Below are positions 44,602-54,407 of a DNA stretch of 64,000 nucleotides, in pieces. Each line of letters begins with the position of its first letter. The stretch's first letter is position 1. The notes under the pieces are model-generated. The model did not search any database and was not told where the DNA came from. It saw nothing but the letters and a program-made list of their open reading frames with translations. The position numbers were made by a program, and so were the translations under genes. Origin of the DNA: a virus; the IMG/VR virus record IMGVR_UViG_3300047094_002472; one strand, 5' to 3'.

Positions 44602-46217
44602 GACCTGGGAATATAACACTTTTCTACCACAAAGGCATCTCCCGACCTCGACCTAGACCCCTTGACTATTACTACATTTCCCTGAAATAATACATTTCTG
44701 TATTCTCTGTATTGATCAGGAAAGAATACTACAGAATCCATAGATCCAGTACTGTCAACCAGCGTTACAAACGCCATCTCTAATCCTGGGGTTTTCCCTG
44801 TTTTTGTTTTTGTAACGTTTATATAGTCTATTTCACCACCAACAATAATATTTTCTCTAACTATACCATTCTTAAAGTCTTTACATGTAGCATTAGTCAT
44901 ACTAATATCATACATATCAACCTTGGAACAAGTTATAGAGCATCCAAGGGCCGCATATTCCGCATCAGATAGCCATTCGGGACTATCTACTAGGGATCTT
45001 GGTGGGTTCATAGCGGTAGATAATACCGTAGAGATTATGGCTTTACGGTTCTTATTAGCCTTACCAAAAGCTACGAGATCCTTTAAAGCCTGCTCAATAC
45101 AAGAATACTTATCTATACCACCTTTGATAAACTCTATTTCTTTCTTAGTTAGTTCTGATAGTAGCTCATATTCAAACAGCATACTATTTCTGGTCTTTTT
45201 CACATAGGACAAAGCGCCACTTTGTATTAATGCTTTGGCTGCTGTTGAATTAATATTCATAAGCACATTAATAGCTATGTACAACCAGCTTGTGCTGTTT
45301 AGATCAAGATTCTTTTCTTTAAGCTCCAAGAGCTTATTAAAAACAGACTGGCCTACCCCCTTTATGTCTGTTAGTCCAAAAAAGATCTTATTATCATTAA
45401 GAATAAAATATTGGTTTAGATTTCTGAAGTCTGGAACAGATACCGTAATATCCATTTCATTAGCATTCTGTGTTAATTCTTTGATCTCTGCTTGTGGGTC
45501 TATTTTATCTTTAGCAAAACGTAGGTATGAAGCAAAGAATATTTTGGGGAAATGCGCCTTGGCATACGCTGATAAGTATGCGTTGATAGCATAACTTACA
45601 GAATGAGACTTATTAAATGAATATCTTTGACTCTTTTCAATCCATCCGAATATCTGCTCTGCTTCGTCCACATTAACTATCCCGAGACCCTTACTGCCCG
45701 TTAAAAACTTTTCTTTAACCTTTGCCATTTCTTCTGGCTTTTTCTTACCAATAGCCTTTCTTAACATATCCGCTTCTTGGAGATTGAATCCAGCAATAAC
45801 CTTGGCAATTTCCATAGCCTGTTCTTGATAAATCATCTCTCCATAAGTGGTTTTAAGAATTGGCTCAAGAGCGGGATGAAAATAGTCTACAGACTCTTGC
45901 CCATTTTTTTTATCAATATAATGATTACTCACACTTTTGCCGTCTCTCATAGCCTCCAAGCAACCGGGTCTGAGAATCGCAATCAAAGCGGAAAGCTGCT
46001 CTATATTGGTGGGTTTTAGCTTTTTAGCCATAGACCTACCAAGTCTAGACTCTAACTGAAAGCAACCCTTTGTATTCCCATCAGAAATCAGATCCCATGT
46101 TCTCTGACAATCTAGATCTATATTTTCTATAGTTGGATCAAAATCAATATGTCTTATATTGCCGTCTTCTGTGGTGGGGAAAGAACAGCCACAAGGATAC
46201 TGAAAGGTCTTAGGCAT
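44598..46217 (-). CDS. dnaE: DNA polymerase III alpha, C-terminal part (fingers, HhH, OB)
   Basis: GCFQLES, LRPG, IYQEQ, ADMLRKAIGKK, YSFNKSHSVSY, FGLTDIKGVG, MAFVTLVDSTG; ATG 46217. Confidence 0.92.
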   Translation of the reverse strand: MPKTFQYPCGCSFPTTEDGNIRHIDFDPTIENIDLDCQRTWDLISDGNTKGCFQLESRLGRSMAKKLKPTNIEQLSALIAILRPGCLEAMRDGKSVSNHYIDKKNGQESVDYFHPALEPILKTTYGEMIYQEQAMEIAKVIAGFNLQEADMLRKAIGKKKPEEMAKVKEKFLTGSKGLGIVNVDEAEQIFGWIEKSQRYSFNKSHSVSYAINAYLSAYAKAHFPKIFFASYLRFAKDKIDPQAEIKELTQNANEMDITVSVPDFRNLNQYFILNDNKIFFGLTDIKGVGQSVFNKLLELKEKNLDLNSTSWLYIAINVLMNINSTAAKALIQSGALSYVKKTRNSMLFEYELLSELTKKEIEFIKGGIDKYSCIEQALKDLVAFGKANKNRKAIISTVLSTAMNPPRSLVDSPEWLSDAEYAALGCSITCSKVDMYDISMTNATCKDFKNGIVRENIIVGGEIDYINVTKTKTGKTPGLEMAFVTLVDSTGSMDSVVFFPDQYREYRNVLFQGNVVIVKGSRSRSGDAFVVEKCYIPRS

Positions 46218-46902
46218 TTGTGAACGCACCCTGGAATTTGATTTTCTTGCTTAAGTTTCTATGAAGTCGCAAAAACCTAATCAGTATATCGGCACTATCC
46301 TTTACGTCCTTAAGTGCGTCGTGAGCACCCTCTTTAGATATTCCAAAATAATCTCTTAGCGCGTCTAAGGTATAGTTTTTTAGATCATTACTGTTCTCAA
46401 ACCAGTAAAAAATCATGTTCATAATATCTACTACGTCTCTAGGATAAAAAATATCGGTACGTCCTTCTTTATTAACATTACCGAACTTCTCGCTCAGTCT
46501 ACCGATAATAGGAAGATCAAATCTATTTATATTATACCCAGCGGCTATCGGAGCTGAAAACTGACTCTTCTTGGAACTTCTTGTGTGATACTGTTCTAGA
46601 TAACTGGTAAACATCTTCCAAGAGTGCTCCTGCTTAGGATATGTTTGCCATTCGGCATATACCTTTTCCTTAGAAGACCCCTTGACCCTAGCGTGAAAAT
46701 CTAGAATATCTGTAGTATACTCATACTTATCGTCTTTCTCCATAACCTCTGGTTTGATGTTTATATTAAACTCAGAGTCCTTGATAAGCTCCAGCTTAAT
46801 AGGATCAATCATAACAGCGGCTATCTGAACAGGGCTACAAATCCTAGGATCCGATCCGTCTGTTTCTAAATCAAATACGCAAATTTTATTATAGTTGATC
46901 AT
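46210..46902 (-). CDS. DEDDh 3'-5' exonuclease (DnaQ/epsilon-like)
   Basis: FDLETDG, AGYNINRFD, AHDALKDV. Confidence 0.9.
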   Translation of the reverse strand: MINYNKICVFDLETDGSDPRICSPVQIAAVMIDPIKLELIKDSEFNINIKPEVMEKDDKYEYTTDILDFHARVKGSSKEKVYAEWQTYPKQEHSWKMFTSYLEQYHTRSSKKSQFSAPIAAGYNINRFDLPIIGRLSEKFGNVNKEGRTDIFYPRDVVDIMNMIFYWFENSNDLKNYTLDALRDYFGISKEGAHDALKDVKDSADILIRFLRLHRNLSKKIKFQGAFTNA

Positions 46903-47077
46903 TTACCTGTACTTCCGATAGTGGCTGAATAAATGTTTTTGTCTTTGTTTCATCGGTTAACGCAGCGTTGTTACTTCTGCAACAACTAATTTTTTCATCA
47001 GCGATCCTAACATATTCTACATTATTGAAGATAAAAGTATCGCCAACGCCTAGGTCTTTAAATTGCTTTGTAATCAT
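46889..47077 (-). CDS. Small hypothetical protein
   Basis: 62 aa, overlapping both neighbours; FKDLGVGDTF. Confidence 0.6.
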   Translation of the reverse strand: MITKQFKDLGVGDTFIFNNVEYVRIADEKISCCRSNNAALTDETKTKTFIQPLSEVQVNDQL

Positions 47078-48954
47078 ACTGTAACTCCTGATTTGAGAAG
47101 ATCTGTTATAGTCATCACCTTATCCAACATTGCCACACCCAAAATATCAAACTTGATAATTCCAATAGATTCTAGATCTTGCATTTCCATACCAGCTATT
47201 AGCTGATCGTTTTTGCTGTCATAAACCATTGGACAAGATTCTTTTAGTGGGTGAGAACTGATAGCGATACCAGCGGCATGTTTAGACTGATTGGACTTTG
47301 TGCCCTCTAATCTTATAGCTTGTTCGAACCTTTTAGCAAGAGGTCCTTGTAGTTCGTTTTTCTCATCTATGAAACACCATTCTCTGAGCTTATCTGGGTT
47401 GTTTTCCAGAGCCCATCTAATAATGGAAGACTCTCCGGTCTCTTCTTTCATCTCTTGTAGTTCGTCAGCAATCTTTGCTTCGTCTGGTATGTTCTTAGTA
47501 ATCTTATTCATTTCTTCGAAAGAGATATTTCCGTAAACTCTCAATACGTCTTTTAACGCCCCTCTACCCTTAATAGTATTGAAGGTAATCATTTGAGATA
47601 CCTTGTCTTGACCATACTGGTTTTTAATATACTCAATAATATCTTCTCTCTTATTGATAGGTACGTCCACATCGATATCTGGCATTGAAATATGATCCTT
47701 AGAATTTCTACCAGCATTATAAAATCGATCAAACATTAGGTTATATTTTATGGGGTCTATACTGGTAATGCCCACAAGGTATGAAACCAAACACCCAGCA
47801 GCAGAACCTCGTCCGGGACCGGGAAGCCAGCCATTTTGACGAACATAATTCACGATATCTTGCACAATTAAGAAGTAACTGGAAAGCCCAGCCCCCTGTA
47901 ATACCTCAAGTTCGTATTTGATTCTATCAACATACTCAGGCTGACTATCTTCTGATATCTTATTGGCTATCTTACCTTTCCATCCACCACGACAAAGATG
48001 TCTTAAGTATTCATCTGGGTTTAGTCCGTTAGGACAAGGGAATGGTGGCAGCAAAGGATTATTAAGAATACTATATTCCTCGCACATATCCGCTACTAAA
48101 TTAGTGTTCTCTATTTCTTCTTCAGTATGAAGCTCTGCTATTTCTTCTTGAGATAAAATATGAAAATTATCGGAGGTAAAGAAGCATGACATTGGTACTT
48201 CTTCATTATTACTAACCTTACGACTAATATCTGGTAGAGTTGTTTTTAGATTATTACAAAGCAAGATTCTTTGATCAACAGCATCAGATTTTTCACAATA
48301 ATGAGCGTCGGGTGTGCAGACTACTTTTGTGTTAGTCTTTTTTCCAAGTTCACGAATCATATCCGACAGATCTTTTTGAATTGGAGTATTATGCACATCC
48401 ATTAGTTGGGATTCTAGAAACAGGTTTTCTTGACCAAAAATACCCTTTAATTTGCCAATAGTTTCCGTACCCACCGATAGCCAATCCTTAGACGGTTTAT
48501 TCTCTGGTAAGATTTTATCGGCTAATAGAGATCCTAGGTGACCACACATACCAATCAGATTACCGTCACAAAAGGCTCCCAAAGCCTCCAGATTGAGCCG
48601 TGGCTTGTGATAATAAAAGTCGGGTCTGTTGGATTCAGATACCAAACGTATTAAATTTTTCCACCCCTTGAGGTTTTTGGCCAACAACAAGAAATGGGTC
48701 AAGTTTCTATTAGAAGGATCTTGAATGGAGGGATCCTTATCGCATAGATAGATCTCGCAACCCAACAAGGGCTTTATACCATTCTGCTTCATCTCTGTAT
48801 AAAACTTAACAGCTCCGGCTATATTGCCATGGTCTGTTAATGCACAAGACGTAGCACCAATATCTATACATCTTTTAGCTATATTTTTAGGCTTACTCAA
48901 GCCATCCAATAGTGAATACATTGAATGGCAATGGAGAGGAACATATTTTTTCAT
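47074..48954 (-). CDS. dnaE: DNA polymerase III alpha, N-terminal part (PHP, palm/thumb)
   Basis: LHCHSMYSLLDG, TDHG, DAHY, GPGRGSAAG, MPDIDVD, KHAAG, KFDILG. Confidence 0.93.
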   Translation of the reverse strand: MKKYVPLHCHSMYSLLDGLSKPKNIAKRCIDIGATSCALTDHGNIAGAVKFYTEMKQNGIKPLLGCEIYLCDKDPSIQDPSNRNLTHFLLLAKNLKGWKNLIRLVSESNRPDFYYHKPRLNLEALGAFCDGNLIGMCGHLGSLLADKILPENKPSKDWLSVGTETIGKLKGIFGQENLFLESQLMDVHNTPIQKDLSDMIRELGKKTNTKVVCTPDAHYCEKSDAVDQRILLCNNLKTTLPDISRKVSNNEEVPMSCFFTSDNFHILSQEEIAELHTEEEIENTNLVADMCEEYSILNNPLLPPFPCPNGLNPDEYLRHLCRGGWKGKIANKISEDSQPEYVDRIKYELEVLQGAGLSSYFLIVQDIVNYVRQNGWLPGPGRGSAAGCLVSYLVGITSIDPIKYNLMFDRFYNAGRNSKDHISMPDIDVDVPINKREDIIEYIKNQYGQDKVSQMITFNTIKGRGALKDVLRVYGNISFEEMNKITKNIPDEAKIADELQEMKEETGESSIIRWALENNPDKLREWCFIDEKNELQGPLAKRFEQAIRLEGTKSNQSKHAAGIAISSHPLKESCPMVYDSKNDQLIAGMEMQDLESIGIIKFDILGVAMLDKVMTITDLLKSGVTV

Positions 48955-49994
48955 TCTGCACTTCCAGGCGCCTTGTATTTTCCAACAGTATACCCAGGGA
49001 CAGTGTATTCGTCAACAACGTTCTTCATGCCCTTGAGTTCGATATCGTGTTTAACCTGTTCACACTTGGTCATTGTTTTATCTTTACCACAAACCTGCCC
49101 GTCTCTATATTCGAGAATAGGCAGTATATTAGAGTTCTCAAATGTGTTTTTGCCAAAATGACATAGCTTATTGCATTTCCATGTTTTATTTAGTTTTGGT
49201 CTTTGACTATTCTTTATAACTTCGAACTTTTGCCTTAGCATATTTTCGGTTTGGGCAAGGTCTGACTTATCGAAACACACAGAAAAGGCGCCGCCGTCAT
49301 TTACGAAATATATAGACACCATACAATGATCCATCTTTGGATATAAATGACTAATGGCATAGTGGTATATTCTTAACTGTGGATCGTTTTGTAGTTTTTC
49401 CAGAGTCTTCTCCTGCCCAGTCGCCCAGTCTAGTCTACGACCAGTTTTATAGTCCACAATTTCTATAGTGTTATCGTTCACCTTGGTAATTAAGTCTATA
49501 GTACCCTTGATAGCAAGGTGTCCTTCTAGCACACCTTCTGGAGTATCAAACTTATATTTTGACCAAGGCTTGATTATCTCAATATCAAAATGTTGCTCTG
49601 GTTGTAGAATATCACTGTTTCTTGGATCAAACATGCCCTCGTTGTATGCTAGAGCCTTGTGAACCCATGCGTGGCAGTCTTTGTAGTCTTTGATATCCCA
49701 TTCGTGATGAGTAAATCGACTAGTATAATAATTATAAACCTTTTCTATAAGAGTATTAAGATTATATTTATCTACTTTAACCTCTCCCACAATGTCATCC
49801 ACAAATGACTTCTCATTGTTTTGCTGAGTAAGCTTAATATAGGCCAAGATTTCCATCACCTTGTGGAAAATTGTGCCCTTATCAGCCTTTTTATTGGATG
49901 GAGATCTATATCCCAGTACATATTCAAGAAAATACTGGTGCTCACACATAGAATGAGTACCATAACTAGAAGACCTTAGATACGTTATAATCAT
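48951..49994 (-). CDS. PD-(D/E)XK exonuclease, Cas4/RecB-like with probable Fe-S Cys set
   Basis: C near N-terminus, KGTIFH, GTIDL, IVDYKTG, QLRIY, C-terminal CNKLC. Confidence 0.85.
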   Translation of the reverse strand: MIITYLRSSSYGTHSMCEHQYFLEYVLGYRSPSNKKADKGTIFHKVMEILAYIKLTQQNNEKSFVDDIVGEVKVDKYNLNTLIEKVYNYYTSRFTHHEWDIKDYKDCHAWVHKALAYNEGMFDPRNSDILQPEQHFDIEIIKPWSKYKFDTPEGVLEGHLAIKGTIDLITKVNDNTIEIVDYKTGRRLDWATGQEKTLEKLQNDPQLRIYHYAISHLYPKMDHCMVSIYFVNDGGAFSVCFDKSDLAQTENMLRQKFEVIKNSQRPKLNKTWKCNKLCHFGKNTFENSNILPILEYRDGQVCGKDKTMTKCEQVKHDIELKGMKNVVDEYTVPGYTVGKYKAPGSAE

Positions 49995-50578
49995 AGGAGA
50001 TTCTTTGCCCTTATAAACTTTAAAATCTCGTGGTTTTTACCTTCGGCAGTCATGGCGCTATTGTTTATAACGCAACTGAATCTATTCCAGTCATAGTATT
50101 CTGGATCTAATGCTTTTTCACTATCCGAATCCGAATGAAAAGGGTCTAGGTCTAATCTAATCACATGTCCCTTAATATCTAGTATAGCGTCAACCTCATT
50201 AGGAAACCTACAGTCAACAATAATGGCTAAGTCCAGATTCTCCCTTAGAATTTTATTGATAGTGGCCTCAACCCAAACCTGTCTCTTTATCTGCCTAAAT
50301 ATATTTGTGCCAATAACCTCCATAGCCCTTCTGGCGGTTAGCTTCTCCCCGTTCCATTCCAAGTCTGTCATGGTATTCTTATCGTCATCTGAACCATAGC
50401 ATTGAGAGTGGCTCATACCCAAAATATTCATACAAATATCTTGCTTAAGAGGGTCAGCAAAGCTATAGATTTTATGGGATGTCTCAATACCGCTGGCTTG
50501 AATAAAAGAGCTAATAAATTCGCCAGCGGTACTCTTACCAGATTGTTTTCTACCAGAAAACGCTATAATCTTAGTCAT
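49991..50578 (-). CDS. Deoxynucleoside monophosphate kinase
   Basis: SGRKQSGKST, SFADPLK, DCRFPNE, SE. Confidence 0.85.
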   Translation of the reverse strand: MTKIIAFSGRKQSGKSTAGEFISSFIQASGIETSHKIYSFADPLKQDICMNILGMSHSQCYGSDDDKNTMTDLEWNGEKLTARRAMEVIGTNIFRQIKRQVWVEATINKILRENLDLAIIVDCRFPNEVDAILDIKGHVIRLDLDPFHSDSDSEKALDPEYYDWNRFSCVINNSAMTAEGKNHEILKFIRAKNLL

Positions 50579-51728
50579 ATAGTCCTTTGAGTATGGGTTT
50601 AATTTCTGTTTCTATTTCTTCTTTGGTCATTTCCCCAACATCGGGCTTGCTAATGGTGGGTATATAAATCCTATAGGCTTGTTGACATTTTTGTTTAATT
50701 TTTTCTGCTGCTAATCTACCGGCCTCGTCATTATCTGTTAGAATAACTAAATTCATGGCTCCGGAAGAATCAAGATAAAACTTTTGTCTGTCGCTCATTG
50801 AAGACCCGAAAATGGCCACACTATTATGTATGCCGTTTTCTTCTAGTCTCCATACATTCCCTGGACTTTCCACAACAATGGCTGTGCCTGTCTTTAGAAT
50901 ATAGTCTTTCGCAAACCATAGGTTGTACAGGTGGTTTTGACTCTTAAAGTCAACATTGTGCTTCCATTTTGGATATTTCCAAACGCTTTCCTCGTTAGGA
51001 CAACCAGCGTCAGAACTATGAAAACCTTTGCAGTTATAGCATTTTTCAAAGATGCTTCTTCCTGTGCAGCCAATCATATGGGTGTGATCATTATTGTATA
51101 TGGGCACCACAACCCTATTATACATTTCTTTATTGGGATTGGAGCATAGGCCAACATCATACTTATCAAGTATTTCTTTGCTGTATCCTCTATCAATATA
51201 GTATTGTGCGGGAACGGATAGAGATTTTCTAACCGTTTCTCTTAAAATACCGCTTTGTGTGTTTTTTTCGATTGATGGATTTATGTAGTGTACAACACTA
51301 GAAAAGTTCTTTTTTTCTGTATCTGCTCTGGATATCTTGATATTCTTAAGGTCTTGTTTCGTAAAAGACAATGCAAAATCAATCGCTTCTTGAAAAGAGC
51401 ATGTATCGTCTCCGTTTTTAGTCCACCCGTGTTGCTGGTGAGATAAAACTCCTCGTATAAATCCTATTATAGAACCCCTGAATACCTTTTCGCATCCGTG
51501 GGTTCTACAAGTCCAGTTGCCCCTATATCGTTCGCCGTCTGGATATATGTTAACGGCAGATATGTTATCTCCACCATGTATTGGGCATGCCATGGAGATC
51601 ATCTTAGGATTTGTTTTGTATTCGATATTGAAAAGCTCTAATAGACTTTCAATATTATCACAAACAGAATCTCCAACAACTTTGAGCTTAGCCTGATCAT
51701 TCGAATGGGATCGATTCATCGTTTTCAT
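50571..51728 (-). CDS. dnaG: DNA primase (Zn finger + TOPRIM)
   Basis: CPIHGGDN..WTCRTHGC; RVVVPI; VVESPGN; TDNDEAG; KPDVGEM. Confidence 0.88.
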   Translation of the reverse strand: MKTMNRSHSNDQAKLKVVGDSVCDNIESLLELFNIEYKTNPKMISMACPIHGGDNISAVNIYPDGERYRGNWTCRTHGCEKVFRGSIIGFIRGVLSHQQHGWTKNGDDTCSFQEAIDFALSFTKQDLKNIKISRADTEKKNFSSVVHYINPSIEKNTQSGILRETVRKSLSVPAQYYIDRGYSKEILDKYDVGLCSNPNKEMYNRVVVPIYNNDHTHMIGCTGRSIFEKCYNCKGFHSSDAGCPNEESVWKYPKWKHNVDFKSQNHLYNLWFAKDYILKTGTAIVVESPGNVWRLEENGIHNSVAIFGSSMSDRQKFYLDSSGAMNLVILTDNDEAGRLAAEKIKQKCQQAYRIYIPTISKPDVGEMTKEEIETEIKPILKGLYD

Positions 51729-53154
51729 TATCTACTATAAATCCGTCTTTAGGTTTGTTAACATTATTCAATATTTCGAGTCTTGTGCGTCCTTCCGAAA
51801 TTTTTGCACACCACCCCTTCATATGACAATTAATATAGTCGTTATCATCCAATCCTCCGCCATGACGACTAATTAAAGGCACCAATTTACGATTACCACT
51901 ATCCGGACCATCCTCAGCAATTTCTTCATCAGACTTGCGCTTGAAAATACTAAAATTACTGCACAGCCAAATAATTCTATCTGAACCAGAGGCAGTATCC
52001 GTACTTTCTTTGGTTATGCCGTCTCTATTAAGCTGGATAAATGCAACAATTGGAACCTTGTACCTGACTGCAAAGTTATGCAGGCTGGTCATCATAAAGC
52101 CTAATACCTGATACTCTTTCATATCTTGAGAGATACCGGTACTATCCATAAGCTTTAGATAGTCATAAAATATAACGCAGTCTTTTGCGGTTCCATCATC
52201 ATTTAGGCCAACGTCCTTCATAATCCATCTACGCATGATAGCCAATTGTTCTTCAAATGGTTTTCCGGCAATGGATTTGTGATAGAGCTTTATGGACTTT
52301 AGTTGTTCCACAGCGTCCATGATTTTATTTCTGGCCGCTGGCGTTTGGCTAAACTTGCCGGTTTCAATAGAGTTTATCTCCGTTTCAGTCATCATAGCAA
52401 GAACTCTATTAATATGGTCTTGCTTTGTCATTTCTGTATCCATGTTTAATACAGGAATATTTAACTTAGCAACATTATAGCCCATATTATCAGATAATAG
52501 TGTTTTACCAGTTTTCGGTCTTGCTGCAATTACATTAACAGTACCCTTTCTTAGACCACCACCAATAGCTTGATCATAAACAGGAAACCCTGTAGAAATA
52601 CCAACCTGATCAACCTTGTTTTCCTCCAGATATTTGATGTACTCGTCCAACCCCTGCCCCATTGTTTCTGGATTATTATCGTTTCCATCATTAAGCAGAG
52701 ACGAGAAGTTGAAAATAGCATCTTCTGCTATGGCTAGTATAGAGGTTATGGGTTCTGATCCGTTAACCTCTAGGATCTTATCTTTTGCCCCTTCTAGCTG
52801 AGTTCTTAGTAGTCTAGCTATTTCAAGTTTCCTGATTTTAGCAGCAAACTTTCTGACATTTTCCAGACTAACAGGAAAATCCATGATAGCCTTTAGGTGC
52901 TGGGCCTCTTCTTTTTTGGATAGAATATTAGAGACACCAATTTCCTGAGCTATAGAATATATTGAGGCTATATCAATAGTAGGCTTATGTTCTTTTTCAC
53001 AGATAGTCTTGATACACTTAAATATAATACCATTACTATCTATAGTAAAAGATGTTGGCTGTAGTATATCGGCAACATCTAAGTAAGCATCTTCTCCGTA
53101 TTTGCAGATACCGGCCAAGACGGCCCTCTCTGCTGCTGGATCACACAAAATCAT
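51697..53154 (-). CDS. dnaB: Replicative DNA helicase
   Basis: AERAVLA, ISTGF, AARPKTGKT, DTEM, YDYLKLM, QLNR, SRHG. Confidence 0.92.
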   Translation of the reverse strand: MILCDPAAERAVLAGICKYGEDAYLDVADILQPTSFTIDSNGIIFKCIKTICEKEHKPTIDIASIYSIAQEIGVSNILSKKEEAQHLKAIMDFPVSLENVRKFAAKIRKLEIARLLRTQLEGAKDKILEVNGSEPITSILAIAEDAIFNFSSLLNDGNDNNPETMGQGLDEYIKYLEENKVDQVGISTGFPVYDQAIGGGLRKGTVNVIAARPKTGKTLLSDNMGYNVAKLNIPVLNMDTEMTKQDHINRVLAMMTETEINSIETGKFSQTPAARNKIMDAVEQLKSIKLYHKSIAGKPFEEQLAIMRRWIMKDVGLNDDGTAKDCVIFYDYLKLMDSTGISQDMKEYQVLGFMMTSLHNFAVRYKVPIVAFIQLNRDGITKESTDTASGSDRIIWLCSNFSIFKRKSDEEIAEDGPDSGNRKLVPLISRHGGGLDDNDYINCHMKGWCAKISEGRTRLEILNNVNKPKDGFIVDNENDESIPFE

Positions 53155-53166
53155 ATTTATCCTCTA

Positions 53167-53538
53167 TTACCCTGCTGATATGGCGCATTTGTTGCATTTG
53201 TATCTGTCTGCGGACTCTATGATAGATGGATCGACCGCCTCTGTCTTGCCGCAAACTCTACAAGCGAGTTTCAAAGGCTTGAACTCATCTCTTCTAGGTG
53301 TTGGGGGAGATTTATTTAGTTTTTTGTCTATGGCTACGTCTTCTTTGTGCATTCTGCTTTCTGCCATTTGATCAAACATATTAACTCTAGTCGGCTTCTT
53401 TGGTGTGGTATCGGCCGACTTTTTTCTGCTTTTGGTCTTTTTTGGGGTTGTTGTCTCAACAGGATCTGCCTCGTCCTGAGTCAACCCTCTTTGCAATATG
53501 GCTATTAGTTGTTTAATGTCGTCGTTATTAAGACCCAT
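53167..53538 (-). CDS. Hypothetical protein with C-terminal Zn finger
   Basis: CRVCG ... CNKC. Confidence 0.65.
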   Translation of the reverse strand: MGLNNDDIKQLIAILQRGLTQDEADPVETTTPKKTKSRKKSADTTPKKPTRVNMFDQMAESRMHKEDVAIDKKLNKSPPTPRRDEFKPLKLACRVCGKTEAVDPSIIESADRYKCNKCAISAG

Positions 53539-54010
53539 GTTTCACCTTTGTTTTTTGAATAGATAACATAATATCAGATAGATGCTTCACACTATTTGCT
53601 AAATACTGAAGCCTATCACTTCTTTGTTTCGCATATTTCTTTATCTTATTTAATGATAGGGCTTTGTCATTATGCTTTATAGCTTGTAAAGACTTCTCAA
53701 TATAACCATATCCCTTATAATTATTTATCTCATCGGCTATAATCTCTTTTATCGTCTCATCTGCCCAATTCAATCTTGATATTTCTCTATTAATACTACG
53801 CTGAATATGGAACGCAAACTGACCCAGCCTATATGCTATCTCACCACAAACTTCTGGTGTGGTTTTTTCCAATTCGTCTCGACTCATCTGAAAATAGCCA
53901 TTAAGTTCTTCCTCTGAGAAAGAGTCTGGTTTATAAGACCCCATGCCGATGCTTTTTTCATACTCATCAAGCACCCGATCCCATTCGTTAACTTGTTCTT
54001 TAGTGTTCAT
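53528..54010 (-). CDS. Coiled-coil protein, possibly UvsY-like recombination mediator
   Basis: Helical 160 aa between RecA cluster and helicase; function inferred from synteny only. Confidence 0.4.
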   Translation of the reverse strand: MNTKEQVNEWDRVLDEYEKSIGMGSYKPDSFSEEELNGYFQMSRDELEKTTPEVCGEIAYRLGQFAFHIQRSINREISRLNWADETIKEIIADEINNYKGYGYIEKSLQAIKHNDKALSLNKIKKYAKQRSDRLQYLANSVKHLSDIMLSIQKTKVKHGS

Positions 54011-54407
54011 TTTTTATCCTTGATATCCATTGGTTTGTTTCGTCAAAGGGAAGCTCTATGTATTCTATGCCATTTAATTCACACCAATCTTTTTTTTCTT
54101 GGTCTCTTTTTTTGTGTCTAATAAATCCAAGAGGGGTATTGTGAAAAAACCGACTAAATTTATAATGTTGTTCCCCATGAACTTCTATGCATTTTTTTAT
54201 AAGTGGTAAGTAAAAGTCTAAATAAAGAGTTTCCGAACGCCTAGGATTAATTGGAACTTCTTCTAGTATCTGTAGGGTTGGAAAACACTCGCGTATTAAG
54301 TCCCTAGCCTGCAAATGCAAACTAGACTTATTCTGTATAGATCCATGTGCTATATTACCTATTAATTGCCAATTATGGGTATTGCCATCTAAATCTTTTA
54401 CTTGCAT
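54000..54407 (-). CDS. Vsr/DUF559-like endonuclease
   Basis: LYLDFYLP..CIEVHGEQHY..RDQEKKDWCELNGIEYIEL. Confidence 0.8.
   Translation of the reverse strand: MQVKDLDGNTHNWQLIGNIAHGSIQNKSSLHLQARDLIRECFPTLQILEEVPINPRRSETLYLDFYLPLIKKCIEVHGEQHYKFSRFFHNTPLGFIRHKKRDQEKKDWCELNGIEYIELPFDETNQWISRIKNEH

Noticed and set aside
46210-47077. Split intein or self-splicing intron interrupting dnaE
   Set aside because: No intein terminal motifs at either break, and the intervening DNA is fully occupied by two coupled ORFs with no room for a ribozyme core.
48951-49994. Cas4 as evidence of a CRISPR-Cas system
   Set aside because: A solo Cas4/RecB-like nuclease inside a replication operon is common in phages; no cas1/cas2 or array is present.
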